Part shown: positions 9,161-18,824 of the stretch, piece by piece
Position numbering within the stretch: position 1 is the first letter of the stretch
Layout of the letters: each line of letters opens with the position of its first letter
Origin: an uncultured Aliiroseovarius sp.
Lineage (GTDB): Bacteria; Pseudomonadota; Alphaproteobacteria; Rhodobacterales; Rhodobacteraceae
Direction: 5' to 3'
Assembly (NCBI GenBank): GCA_964401125.1
Contig: CAYNXK010000001.1
Span: 1 to 42,919 of the forward strand
DNA length: 42,919 nt
Made by a program: the position numbers and the translations under genes
Notes under the pieces: model-generated
The model's input: only the letters and a program-made list of their open reading frames with translations
What the model was told of the DNA's origin: nothing
Database searches by the model: none

Positions 9161-12126
9161 TATCCAACATCCTCGGGTTCCGGCATCTGGCTTATGTCCC
9201 ATTCTCCAAGCCGGGATAGGTGATCAAAGTCGCCGGGATAGCCAAGTTTTGGGTCCAGTCGCAAGGCCGTATAGCCCTGACCACGGCTTTGATACGCCCC
9301 TATGAGTGTGCTTAGTTCAGCCTGCGTTTTGGTAACCTGTATATTATCAAGCGGCGTGGGCGAAAACTTCTGCGCACTGCCCAGCGCGATATACGCTACT
9401 TGTGCAACCGGCCCTTTTGTAATGCCCTCAAAGCCACCGGCAGATGCAATCACCGCTTCCAATACCAGCTGTTTGTCAAAAAGAACCTGCGCCTGAGGTG
9501 TGGGCAGAGTGCCAGATTTGTAGTCGTAAATTGCCAAGGTACCGTTATTTAGTCGATCTATCCGATCAGCCGTAGCGCTCAGGGTGAAGTTCAACGCCTC
9601 AAGCCGGAGCTTCCCCCGTATTTCGTGGGCTATGATGCCGCCTTCATGTTGGCGGCCCTTTTCCTCGGCAAGAAACTGGTCTGTAATGCGTTCCAGCTTT
9701 GCCCGCCAAAGGATGCGGGCTGCGAGCCACGGTACTTGTTTTTCCAAAACACTGTCAGTTATTTTCAGCAACAAGATGCGCGCTTCCGTGGGGTCAGCCG
9801 GCACAGTGTGGGTAAAAAACTGCTCCATGATCTGGTGCAAAATAGTGCCACGCAGAGGGGCATCGGGCATATGTTGCAAAGAATCCAGCGCCCGTAGGCC
9901 AAGGATGCTTTCAGCGTAAATCGAATATGGGTCGCGTACCAGACGGCTGATGCGGGTGACGGAAAGGCGCTTTGGTCTTGTCTCTATGGGGGGCCGGGGT
10001 GAGGGCCGTTTGGCCGGAGCCAAGGGGCCTTCTGGTCGCTGGTCAAGTAGAACGGAAAGGCGCAGATAGGCATCACCTCTGCGGCGCATACTGGTTATCA
10101 CCTCCTCACCCCCCGCTGGCAGACCGCTGAGCAAATTGGTCAGGCGCAGTAGCCAGCGAGAGGCCACGGTTTCACTTTCCGCATCACGGATAGCCCGGGA
10201 TAAAACAACCTCCCGTGCAGCAAAGGCCTGCTGAAAATCGTGCGCTGAAAGGCCAATGCGCCGATCAGGCAATAAAAGCCCGGCCTCGTGACGCATCTGA
10301 CGATTGAGCCAAGGATCAGGGCTGGGCATTTCGGGCCAGATACCATCGTTCAGCCCCGCCAAAATAACAAGGTCTGCTCCCTGCACCCTAGCCTCCAAGG
10401 TGCCCCATATCATCACATCCGGGTGTGGGCTGTTGAGGTCACGTACCTCGCCGTTGTTCAGGATACTACGAAACAGATCGGCGTAATCAGCAGGGCTTAA
10501 CCGGCCACCATAACTGGCTTCGCGTTGAAGTTCGCTGACAATTCGCCAAGCCTCACGCCCGGCGGCTTTTTCCCACAACCCACCAGTTGGGCGGCTTTTG
10601 TCCAGGTCAGGACCGGCGGCGAGGTCTTGCGCAAGGCGCAGGTGATTTTCCAGATGGTCACTAAGGTTGCGGTGAGGTGTATCCGAAAGCCCGGCAAGTA
10701 ATTTGGCCAGCCATTCTGCCCATACCAGCCGCGGGAAATCTTTGGCGTGGTCTGTTGCCGCCCAGTTCACCATATCTTCCCCCGTAGGAAAGGGCAGGCC
10801 TTTACGCAGCACTTCCAGCTCCAGATCACGGGTCCAGCGCAGATGGTTTCCACGCGATTCAGCAGAGGAGCAAAGTGGATGCTTGAGGAGGGACAGAAGG
10901 TTTGCGGCGGTAAGTTTTTGGCCGAACAACGCACTTACATGGCGCAGAAAACGGCCGGGAGCAGACAAGGCAAGGGGGCGGCCAGCGCTATCATCCGGCT
11001 CGATATTCCAACGGTCAAGGGCGGCGGTAACTTGCCGCGCCAATGTTCGGTTTGGCGTGATCAGGGCAACCTGCTGACCATCCTCAACAGCTTTGCGCAA
11101 GCGCAGGGCAATGGCAACAGCCTCAGCCCGAGGCGATGGTGCTTCAATCAGGGTCAGGCTTTCAGTGGCGTTGAGAATCTCCCCCCGGCTAATTTTCTTA
11201 CCTTCTTTCAGCCACTGGTCAGTTACCGGAGCCGGCCGAAGAGCCAGCGAGAGGAGGGCATTTCGGGCAGGGTTTGGCGGGCTTTTATCCGTCAGCCAAA
11301 GCGGAGTATCTGCTGGGCTTAGAGACAAGCTGCGCAGTAGACGGGAAAAGCGAAATTGCGGGTGGTCTTCGCCGGTCATCGGGTCGGATAATCTGTCCCA
11401 CACTTCGGCAGGTAAAACCGTATCAAACCCAGGTAAAACCAGCGCCCCTTGCGGCAAGCGTGCTACCGCTCGCATGAATTGGGCCGTCGCGCCACGCGAA
11501 CCGGTGGAGCCAGCAACGATTACCGGATGCGCCGGCGGGTTGTCAGCCCAGTTTGAGATCAGCCGCTCTATCACCAACCTCTGCCGAGCCTCCGAATCTG
11601 GGTGTTCGGTGCTTTGCGCCCCAAAATACTGCTCAATAATATTGAGAAACCGCAGGCTGCGTTGCCAATGGCCAGACAAGTTGCCAACATCCAGCGCCCG
11701 TAATGCAGCAGGGGGCACGCCCTCGCCCTGCATTTCGTCCATTAGCCCCGCAAGGCTGTCAGCAAGGGAAAAGAGAGCGGAGCGCGGCGCAATATCTGGC
11801 TCCTGCTCCAGAAGCCTGGCGATAAGCTGGGTCAACTCCAGGCGGCGGCGCAATGGCGGCACGGCTGCTGGCAAATCTGCCATGTCGGCATCCCGGCCAA
11901 GGTCCGTTATAGTACGGATACGTGGCAAAAGACGTGCCGGCCCATCGGTAAACAGGGAAATAATGCGGCGCTGCATCCGCCGCGTATTCACAAAAATTTC
12001 AACCCGTGCCCATGCTTCCGGGCTGGCACCTGCAAGCCGCCTTTCCAACCCCTTAATCAATGCGCGCGGCAGGTCAACGCCGGGCGGGACGGCAAAGACG
12101 CGGGGGAGGTCTGTTGACTCAAACAT
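9160..12126 (-). CDS. addB: Double-strand break repair protein AddB (alphaproteobacterial type)
   Basis: About 990 aa, immediately upstream of addA. It has a degenerate N-terminal NTPase region (VIVAGSTGSRGAT) and a C-terminal nuclease motif (ADRIDRL...LAIYDYKSG). The chosen start, ATG 12126 (MFESTDLPRVFAVPPG), overlaps the upstream stop by 8 nt. Confidence 0.85.
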   Translation of the reverse strand: MFESTDLPRVFAVPPGVDLPRALIKGLERRLAGASPEAWARVEIFVNTRRMQRRIISLFTDGPARLLPRIRTITDLGRDADMADLPAAVPPLRRRLELTQLIARLLEQEPDIAPRSALFSLADSLAGLMDEMQGEGVPPAALRALDVGNLSGHWQRSLRFLNIIEQYFGAQSTEHPDSEARQRLVIERLISNWADNPPAHPVIVAGSTGSRGATAQFMRAVARLPQGALVLPGFDTVLPAEVWDRLSDPMTGEDHPQFRFSRLLRSLSLSPADTPLWLTDKSPPNPARNALLSLALRPAPVTDQWLKEGKKISRGEILNATESLTLIEAPSPRAEAVAIALRLRKAVEDGQQVALITPNRTLARQVTAALDRWNIEPDDSAGRPLALSAPGRFLRHVSALFGQKLTAANLLSLLKHPLCSSAESRGNHLRWTRDLELEVLRKGLPFPTGEDMVNWAATDHAKDFPRLVWAEWLAKLLAGLSDTPHRNLSDHLENHLRLAQDLAAGPDLDKSRPTGGLWEKAAGREAWRIVSELQREASYGGRLSPADYADLFRSILNNGEVRDLNSPHPDVMIWGTLEARVQGADLVILAGLNDGIWPEMPSPDPWLNRQMRHEAGLLLPDRRIGLSAHDFQQAFAAREVVLSRAIRDAESETVASRWLLRLTNLLSGLPAGGEEVITSMRRRGDAYLRLSVLLDQRPEGPLAPAKRPSPRPPIETRPKRLSVTRISRLVRDPYSIYAESILGLRALDSLQHMPDAPLRGTILHQIMEQFFTHTVPADPTEARILLLKITDSVLEKQVPWLAARILWRAKLERITDQFLAEEKGRQHEGGIIAHEIRGKLRLEALNFTLSATADRIDRLNNGTLAIYDYKSGTLPTPQAQVLFDKQLVLEAVIASAGGFEGITKGPVAQVAYIALGSAQKFSPTPLDNIQVTKTQAELSTLIGAYQSRGQGYTALRLDPKLGYPGDFDHLSRLGEWDISQMPEPEDVG

Positions 12127-12808
12127 CTTGTTTTTCAAGCAGGCGTTCAGCGAGGGTGATCCCTTCCGGGCTTCCGACATCACACCATGAGCCAGAATAG
12201 ACTATGCCAAAAAGGCGATCAGATTTCAGCATAATGTCCCATACCTTATTCAAGGAAAACATCTTTTCTTTGATGGTATGGAGTAAGTCCGGCTTTATGA
12301 TCTGAACGCCAGAGTAAACCAGCCCGACACCACGGGCCAGCTTGCCGGAATTGCCGATCTGAAAATCCCCTTTTCCAGCGTGGCCCAGCGCCTTTTCCTG
12401 CGGAACAAGCATAAGCAAAGCATCCATCCGCGAGGGCTGCCAGCTAGCAGCCAAAAGGGAAAGTGGATTTGGGCCTCGCCAGATGGCATCGGAGTTCAGG
12501 GTAAAAACCGGACCCTCAGAGAGCAACGGCAAAGCTTGCCTCAACCCACCTCCGGTATCAAGAATATCAGGTAATTCAAGCGATTGAGAAATCCCCAGCG
12601 GGGTCAGGTGGCGGGCAAGGGCCTCGTGCCTATAATGTAGGTTCGCCGTGATCATTGCCACACCCGCAGCATTGGCCAACGCAACCGCATGGTCAATCAG
12701 CGGCTTACCCGCAACTTTGAGCAGCGGCTTTGGTTGCGTGGCCGTCAGGGCACCCATGCGAGTGCCAAAGCCGGCAGCCAAAATCATGGCCGAGCTGGGC
12801 TGGGTCAT
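12119..12808 (-). CDS. Nucleotidyltransferase, MurU-like (N-acetylmuramate-1-phosphate uridylyltransferase family)
   Basis: N-terminal sugar-nucleotidyltransferase signature MILAAGFGTRMG...KPLLKVAGKPLIDH. It sits directly downstream of an AmgK-like kinase, as in the AmgK/MurU recycling pair. Confidence 0.75.
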   Translation of the reverse strand: MTQPSSAMILAAGFGTRMGALTATQPKPLLKVAGKPLIDHAVALANAAGVAMITANLHYRHEALARHLTPLGISQSLELPDILDTGGGLRQALPLLSEGPVFTLNSDAIWRGPNPLSLLAASWQPSRMDALLMLVPQEKALGHAGKGDFQIGNSGKLARGVGLVYSGVQIIKPDLLHTIKEKMFSLNKVWDIMLKSDRLFGIVYSGSWCDVGSPEGITLAERLLEKQDV

Positions 12809-13809
12809 TGACCGTCTTTCAGGCGGCTCAAATGGCTGGGCGTGGGCGCAGGTAAATCTTCAATGATTATTTCCCGCAGCTCGGCAAGCGCCGGATGGCT
12901 GAGATCCCGCATCAGGTAGGCCCAGACACGCGGGATCAGATCAATATAGCGGGGCTTGCCGGAATTTGCGGCTAGGCGGGCAAAAACACCAAGAATGCGC
13001 AGGTTGCGCTGGGCGGCACAAGCAGCCGCAGCAGCACGAAACCGGGTGTTCTCAAAGCCCGAAAGCTCAATGTATCGGCTAAGCAGGTTTTCGGCCAAAC
13101 CTATGGACACATCGCGCCGCGCATCTTCAGTCAGCGAAATAAGATCATAGGCTGGGTGGCCGGCAATGGCATCCTGAAAATCCAGCAGACCAATGCGCTT
13201 GGTGCCGCTGCGTTCCGGTAGCCAGATCAGGTTTTCTGCATGGAAATCCCTGAGGGCAAGAACCGGGGTAAAGGGTTGGTGGGCATCCAAAGCCTCACCA
13301 AGCACCTCGATGGCGGTGCGTTTTAATGCGAGCGTGGTTTCCGGTGCGTACCATTCGTAAGCCAGCCCGGCGGGACCAGCCATTTCCTTTGGTTTGGGCT
13401 GTACAAGCGCGCTTGGCGGTGGGTAGCGGTGCAGGTCGATCAACAAATCTACAGCGGCTTCGTAAACCTCCACTTCCTGAGCGGGGTGCGCTTTAACGAA
13501 GCGGGCAAACAGGTTGTCACCCAGATCTTCCAACAGCAAAAACCCCGCAATCATGTCTGCGTGCAGAATTTTTGGCGCACTAAAGCCAAGTTCGCTAAGA
13601 TGGGCCGCGATGTTTGTGAAGGCCAGAGTGGATTCGCCTGTCTCAGGGGGCGCATCCATAAGGATTGCAGTTGCGCCAGCCGGCCCACCAGAGAGGCGCT
13701 CATACTGGCGCCGGGAGGCATCCCCCGCCAGAGGTGTACACAACGCGCCATCCCATTTGGCATTTTGGAGAAAGGTTTGTTTTAAAATCTTGCGGTCAGT
13801 CATGAACAT
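12805..13809 (-). CDS. Aminoglycoside-phosphotransferase-fold kinase, AmgK-like (anomeric MurNAc/GlcNAc kinase family)
   Basis: APH/choline-kinase catalytic motifs LRDFHAENLIWLP and GLLDFQDA. ATGA overlap with the downstream nucleotidyltransferase. The start is 13809, or 13803 as an alternative. Confidence 0.75.
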   Translation of the reverse strand: MFMTDRKILKQTFLQNAKWDGALCTPLAGDASRRQYERLSGGPAGATAILMDAPPETGESTLAFTNIAAHLSELGFSAPKILHADMIAGFLLLEDLGDNLFARFVKAHPAQEVEVYEAAVDLLIDLHRYPPPSALVQPKPKEMAGPAGLAYEWYAPETTLALKRTAIEVLGEALDAHQPFTPVLALRDFHAENLIWLPERSGTKRIGLLDFQDAIAGHPAYDLISLTEDARRDVSIGLAENLLSRYIELSGFENTRFRAAAAACAAQRNLRILGVFARLAANSGKPRYIDLIPRVWAYLMRDLSHPALAELREIIIEDLPAPTPSHLSRLKDGQ

Positions 13810-14293
13810 GTAACCCCAATTGCGTAAGCACTGCGCGCCATTTTTTGTCAGTATAGCTGAACCGTGCGGCGCGGTGCCCTTTTTCTCCGGTTTGTTCCAG
13901 TGAAATCATGAGCGCATTTTGTGGCGCGTATTTGCCCAGCCTGTCAGGCCATTCTACCAGACAAATCGCGGCGTCAAAAGCATCCAACAGGCCCAACTCA
14001 TCAATTTCTGTAACATTACTCAGGCGGTAAAGATCCGCATGCCAGATATCAACTTTGCTGTCATCATAGGTCTGTACAAGGGTAAATGTGGGCGATGGTA
14101 CGTCTTCTTGCAGGCCATGCGCGGCCAGACGCGCCTGAATTAAAGCGCGGGCAAAATGCGACTTTCCGGCACCTATTGGCCCATCGAGCAGAAGCACATC
14201 GCCCAGACCAAGTAAGGGGGCCAGTGTCGCCGCAAATCCTACTGTTTTTTCGGGTGTTTCAAAAATAATATGGGCGGTACACTCATTCTGCAT
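13796..14293 (-). CDS. tsaE: tRNA t6A37 biosynthesis ATPase TsaE
   Basis: GPIGAGKSHFARALI P-loop, SPTFTLVQTY and HADLYRL motifs in a 165-aa protein, typical of TsaE/YjeE. Confidence 0.85.
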   Translation of the reverse strand: MQNECTAHIIFETPEKTVGFAATLAPLLGLGDVLLLDGPIGAGKSHFARALIQARLAAHGLQEDVPSPTFTLVQTYDDSKVDIWHADLYRLSNVTEIDELGLLDAFDAAICLVEWPDRLGKYAPQNALMISLEQTGEKGHRAARFSYTDKKWRAVLTQLGLHVHD

Positions 14294-14336
14294 GTATTGT
14301 TTTTAACGTGCCCGAACAGACCCGCAAGTCAGTTTA

Positions 14337-15905
14337 TCAATTTGCATGCGCCAAGACCGGTTCTAGCCCAGATTGTGCCTGTTCTGGTTGCGATAAGATG
14401 AAAGATACCAAGGTTGCGCCCTGCGTCATCGGCACGATGTGGCAGTTAAGCACACGACCGTCTTTTAGTGTGACCGGGGCAGACCACCTTTTCCGGCCTC
14501 CTTGCTCTTTGATAAAGCCGCGCAATTGCCGCCAAACCGGGGTAGGGCTGCAATTTTGGTTCCAGGAATAAGTGGCGTCGGATACTGTGACATCGGATAC
14601 CGTGGTTGACGGGTCATTTTTCCAAAGCTCGGCATAGGCGGTGTTGCACATGGAAAGCACACCCCCGGCAGTGAATACAGCAACCGCATCATCAAGCGCA
14701 TCAAGCGCAGCTTGGCCCATTTCAAGCTCGTGTTTGAAACGATGTGTCAGGGAAACTTCGGAGGAGATATCTTCTATCAGAAAAGCGACCGCGCCATCCG
14801 GGTGGGGCCGCCCTGTCACACGATAGGTCTGCCCTGTTGGCAGAAACCATGTTTCCAGATAAGTACCGTTAACTGCCTTTTCTTCCAAATCTGACATTTC
14901 CTGCCGCCAGGTTTTGTAATCCTTCGGCTCTGGCATCATGCGTTTGTCACGCAGCCGGTCAAGAAAGGCAAAAAGTGTAGGCTGCCCGCAGAGAAATCCG
15001 GCAGGAAGCATGGTCAGATCAGTCAGAGCCGGATTGAAAATCGACAACTTACGCTTCTGGTTGAATATGGCCAGTCCGATAGGCAGGTGGGCAAAGGTTT
15101 CAGTCAATGTGCCGACAAACTCTGATAGTGTAGCTTCGGCCCGGACCAGATCATCAACCGGCATGGCGGTAAAAAGCATGCCGCTCTCCATTGCTGCACT
15201 GTGGATGTCAAACCAGTTGTTAGCCTCGCCATCAGGCATTTTCAGGGCTGCACGCTGCACGCTGGTAACTTCAGAAGAGGCTGCTGTGTTGTCAAACAGG
15301 CGCGTTGGTGGCCATGGGGCAATAGTATTTCCAGAATGAACAATTTCAACAATATCCAGATAGGCGCGATTGGCCCAGATAATCTCGCCCTTCGCATTTT
15401 CGCGCCAGTTTAGAAATGGAACAAGTCTGGCAGTAGACCGGTGGGTCTCCAGCTCGCTTTCAAGCGCCAACAGAGAGTGCCTGTCCAGGGAAGTATGCGG
15501 TGTAGAGGTCTCAACATCAGACAATTCAAGGCGCAGCATCCCATGAATAACTTCCGTTTCTATTTGTGAGGTTCCGTCGTTTGAAAGCAAGGTGACTTCA
15601 CTGGCATCAAACGTCTTTTCGACCAGATCATCAAGGGCTTCAAACCGTGGCTTCAGAACAGAAACCAGCTTGGCCCAATCACTTCCGGCAACAGAGCTGG
15701 AGGCCAAAATTTGCCGGGCGGTGCTGGTAGAATCTGCGAGGTCTTCATTTTCAAACAAAAATGTAATCCGGTTCTTTTCCGACTTGGCAGCCCGGCGCAG
15801 GCTTTTGTCTTTTCTGCTCTGGAAAACCGCAAAGCCAATCAGGGAGGCAACGGCGATCAGGAAAGATGCCAAAACCAAAATAAAAGCCAGAGCCGTATAG
15901 AACAT
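14337..15905 (-). CDS. Membrane-anchored PAS-domain protein without a recognisable output domain
   Basis: Start taken at ATG 15905 (MFYTALAFILVLASFLIAVASLIGFAVF, one TM). The rest reads as repeated PAS-like blocks (…WENAKGEIIWANRAYLD…, …GLAIFNQKRKLSIFNPAL…, …AVAVFTAGGVLSMCNTAYAELW…). I see no H-box or HATPase motif. The gene ends 43 nt before tsaE. Confidence 0.7.
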   Translation of the reverse strand: MFYTALAFILVLASFLIAVASLIGFAVFQSRKDKSLRRAAKSEKNRITFLFENEDLADSTSTARQILASSSVAGSDWAKLVSVLKPRFEALDDLVEKTFDASEVTLLSNDGTSQIETEVIHGMLRLELSDVETSTPHTSLDRHSLLALESELETHRSTARLVPFLNWRENAKGEIIWANRAYLDIVEIVHSGNTIAPWPPTRLFDNTAASSEVTSVQRAALKMPDGEANNWFDIHSAAMESGMLFTAMPVDDLVRAEATLSEFVGTLTETFAHLPIGLAIFNQKRKLSIFNPALTDLTMLPAGFLCGQPTLFAFLDRLRDKRMMPEPKDYKTWRQEMSDLEEKAVNGTYLETWFLPTGQTYRVTGRPHPDGAVAFLIEDISSEVSLTHRFKHELEMGQAALDALDDAVAVFTAGGVLSMCNTAYAELWKNDPSTTVSDVTVSDATYSWNQNCSPTPVWRQLRGFIKEQGGRKRWSAPVTLKDGRVLNCHIVPMTQGATLVSFILSQPEQAQSGLEPVLAHAN

Positions 15906-16057
15906 TTTCCGAATCCTATATTTGTGCGCAATCCATGGTAGAAAGAAGATGCTTAACGAAACCTTAAGAGAGAGCAAATTGCGCACAATTTGTTTGAAAT
16001 ATAGAAGAAGGGGCGGCAATCGCCGATCAACCCACAGGTATCGCAGTAAAAAGTGCC

Positions 16058-17464
16058 TCACACCTCAAAATGGGTGTTCAAGCCAAGTACTGGGGTTTTT
16101 TCATCAGCTTCAATTCCGCCACCGCCACCGCGCGGCCAGACGGCAACGGCAATCGCCCCGGACCTTTGCCCCGGCAGAGGTACGCCTGTGTAGGGTATGG
16201 TGCCATTGGTGAAGCTAAGCTCGGCGCCGGTTCGTTCCAAAAGTGTTTTGGCGATAAATAGACCAAGGCCCATGCCTTCATATTTTGGGCGCTCCTTATC
16301 AGGCTTTCTGGTTTTGCGTCGGCCCATGAAGGGCTCTCCAATATTGCTGATAACATGAGGCGCGTATCCGGCACCGTCATCAACAATACGCACTGATATG
16401 GATTGGTCGGTCCAGTACAGGTCAACCCATACAGAGGCAGAAGCAAAATCAACTGCGTTTTGGATGAGATTGCGCAATCCGTGCACAATTTCGGATTGTC
16501 GGTAAACAATTGGCTGGTCGGCAGCATCAGTTGTTTCATCGCCCACTGTTATGCGAAGTGTAATGCCCCGATTGGCGTGTGGTTCAGCCGCTTCCTCAAC
16601 AATAGAACTGAGTGGTGCCTGATGTATCAACATATCGTCCTTACCAGCGCGGCCCATGGATTGCAGAATAACACGGCAGCGCTCCGCCTGCTCCCGGATC
16701 AGGCGGGCATCTTCGTATTGTTCTTGATTGCCCCGCAACTCGTCGGACAGCTCACTGCTAACGAGGGCTATTGTGGCCAGAGGGGTGCCCAGTTCATGTG
16801 CGGCTGCGGCCACAACACCGCCAAGGTCTGTCAGCTTCTGCTCCCGCGCCAAAGCCATCTGCGTTGCCAGAAGGGCTTGCGACATCGAGCGCATTTCCGT
16901 GGTAATCCGGTGGGCGTAAAACCCAATAAATGCAATGGTTATCAGAATGGATATCCAAAAACCGAAGACAAAGACCTCAGGCAAGCGCAGGATGTAGCCA
17001 GCTTTCGTATGGAGCGGAATATGGAATAGCGCAACAATAGAGGCTGATGTGGCCGCAACCAATGCCACGATAAATATAGCCCGCAGACTAAGAGCTGTGG
17101 CAGCAACTGTTACCGGGGCAACCATCAAAACCGCAAACGGGTTATGTAGCCCACCGGACAGATACAAAAGCGCGGCCAGTTGCAGGGTGTCAAACAACAG
17201 CATGGCTGTGACGTTGGCTTCATTCAGGCGTTTGGTTGGCGGATAGCTAACAATGAAAACTATGTTTGCCAGCACGGCAAGGCCGATGATAGCCGCGAAC
17301 AGGACCGTATCCAGATCCAGATCAAACAGGTAGCGGGCTGTCAAAACGGTAAAAACCTGCCCCAAAATCGCCACCCAGCGCAAGGCAACAAGAGTGCGCA
17401 GCCGAACCCAGCTGTCAGGCAGGCCTTGTAGGTACATCCCTGTGAGCGATTCAGCCATTTTCAT
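16058..17464 (-). CDS. regB: Redox-responsive sensor histidine kinase RegB/PrrB
   Basis: Six N-terminal hydrophobic helices and the H-box AAAHELGTPLATI. The conserved Cys context REQAERCRVIL and the ATP-binding G-boxes (DDGAGY, GMGLGLFIAKT) are also present. The gene is divergent from senC-regA, as in Rhodobacter. Confidence 0.9.
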   Translation of the reverse strand: MKMAESLTGMYLQGLPDSWVRLRTLVALRWVAILGQVFTVLTARYLFDLDLDTVLFAAIIGLAVLANIVFIVSYPPTKRLNEANVTAMLLFDTLQLAALLYLSGGLHNPFAVLMVAPVTVAATALSLRAIFIVALVAATSASIVALFHIPLHTKAGYILRLPEVFVFGFWISILITIAFIGFYAHRITTEMRSMSQALLATQMALAREQKLTDLGGVVAAAAHELGTPLATIALVSSELSDELRGNQEQYEDARLIREQAERCRVILQSMGRAGKDDMLIHQAPLSSIVEEAAEPHANRGITLRITVGDETTDAADQPIVYRQSEIVHGLRNLIQNAVDFASASVWVDLYWTDQSISVRIVDDGAGYAPHVISNIGEPFMGRRKTRKPDKERPKYEGMGLGLFIAKTLLERTGAELSFTNGTIPYTGVPLPGQRSGAIAVAVWPRGGGGGIEADEKTPVLGLNTHFEV

Positions 17465-17553
17465 ATGCCCTTCCCAACGATTGCGGCAATATTTCCCCTT
17501 GTATGTCAGGGGAAGCTATTGGATCAATGCGCCATAACCGAAAGGAAGGTATC

Positions 17554-18174
17554 ATGGTACGTATTTGGGTGTTTTCCGCACTGGCTGTATTTGCTGCAAT
17601 GCTGGGTGTCGTATGGTATATTGACTACACTCAGTCCGATAAGTTTGCAGCTTGCCGTGGATCAACTATCGGCACCGGTACCGCCTCAATAGGTGGGCCG
17701 CTCAGCTTGGTGGATGAAACCGGGCGCGAGGTGACTGATGAAGATATATTCATCAAGCCAACCCTGCTTTATTTTGGCTTTACGTTCTGCCCGGATGTCT
17801 GCCCGTTGGACCTTGCGCGCAATGCCGATGCACTTGACTTGCTGCAAGGCCGGGGCTTTGACGCTCAGGCCGCCTTCATCTCGATAGACCCGGAGCGTGA
17901 TACGCCAGAAGTCGTGGCGGAATATACTAGCTACATGCATGAAGATATGATCGGACTGACCGGCACAATGGAGCAAATCAAAGCTGCCTCTCGGGCCTAC
18001 AAAACCTATTTTCGCAAGCAAGAAAGTGATGACCCGGAATTCTACTTGGTGGACCACTCGACCTTCACCTACCTGGTTCTGCCGGAATACGGCTTTGTAG
18101 AGTTTTTCAGGCGAGATACGTCAGCCGAAGTAATGGCCGAGCGGGCGGCCTGTTTTATTGATGCCGCCGGATAA
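17554..18174 (+). CDS. senC: SCO1/SenC family copper chaperone (PrrC/SenC)
   Basis: ATG 17554 is preceded by AGGAAGG. It has a single N-terminal TM and the thioredoxin-fold CxxxC motif FGFTFCPDVCP, with a downstream His (VDHSTFTYL). It lies between regB and regA. Confidence 0.9.
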   Translation: MVRIWVFSALAVFAAMLGVVWYIDYTQSDKFAACRGSTIGTGTASIGGPLSLVDETGREVTDEDIFIKPTLLYFGFTFCPDVCPLDLARNADALDLLQGRGFDAQAAFISIDPERDTPEVVAEYTSYMHEDMIGLTGTMEQIKAASRAYKTYFRKQESDDPEFYLVDHSTFTYLVLPEYGFVEFFRRDTSAEVMAERAACFIDAAG

Positions 18175-18248
18175 TAGCGGTTAAAATTGACCCTACCCGC
18201 AAGAGTGTTTAGACTGCCAAAAAACGTGAATAGTGGAAAGGGACGCTC

Positions 18249-18803
18249 GTGTCAGAACAGAACCTGCAAGACATCGGTGAAGACACCTCATTGTTGTTGG
18301 TAGATGATGACGAACCTTTTTTGCGACGGCTTGCGCGGGCAATGGAAAAAAGGGGCTTTGCGGTAAAAACAGCCGATTCTGTTGCCGCAGGGAAAGCCAT
18401 ATCCAAATCACAACCCCCTGCCTATGCCGTGATTGATTTGCGGCTTGGGGATGGCAACGGGTTGGATGTAGTTGAGGTGCTTCGGGAAAAGCGGCCAGAC
18501 GCCCGGATTGTGGTCCTGACCGGTTATGGTGCGATTGCAACAGCCGTTGCCGCAGTAAAAATTGGTGCCACAGATTACCTGTCAAAGCCAGCCGATGCCA
18601 ATGATATTACCAATGCCCTGCTGACCAAGGGCGATGAGCTGCCACCACCGCCGGAAAACCCGATGAGCGCAGATCGGGTACGTTGGGAGCATATCCAGCG
18701 AGTATATGAGCTGTGTGACCGGAACGTATCTGAAACCGCACGGCGGCTTAATATGCACCGGCGCACCCTGCAACGGATACTGGCCAAACGCAGCCCACGG
18801 TAA
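18249..18803 (+). CDS. regA: Response regulator RegA/PrrA/ActR
   Basis: GTG start. The receiver domain reads LLLVDDDEPF...AVIDLRLGDGNG...LTGYG...KP. The C-terminal Fis-type HTH, NVSETARRLNMHRRTLQRILAK, is highly characteristic of RegA. Confidence 0.92.
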   Translation: MSEQNLQDIGEDTSLLLVDDDEPFLRRLARAMEKRGFAVKTADSVAAGKAISKSQPPAYAVIDLRLGDGNGLDVVEVLREKRPDARIVVLTGYGAIATAVAAVKIGATDYLSKPADANDITNALLTKGDELPPPPENPMSADRVRWEHIQRVYELCDRNVSETARRLNMHRRTLQRILAKRSPR

Positions 18804-18824
18804 ACGCTTCAGGGTCTGGCCCCG

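Noticed and set aside
11093-12190. 365-aa plus-strand ORF (plus 10703-11322 and others) opposite addB
   Set aside because: It lies antisense to a well-supported gene. The product is Arg/Ser/Ala-rich and low in complexity, with no motifs. This is a typical shadow ORF of GC-rich third positions.
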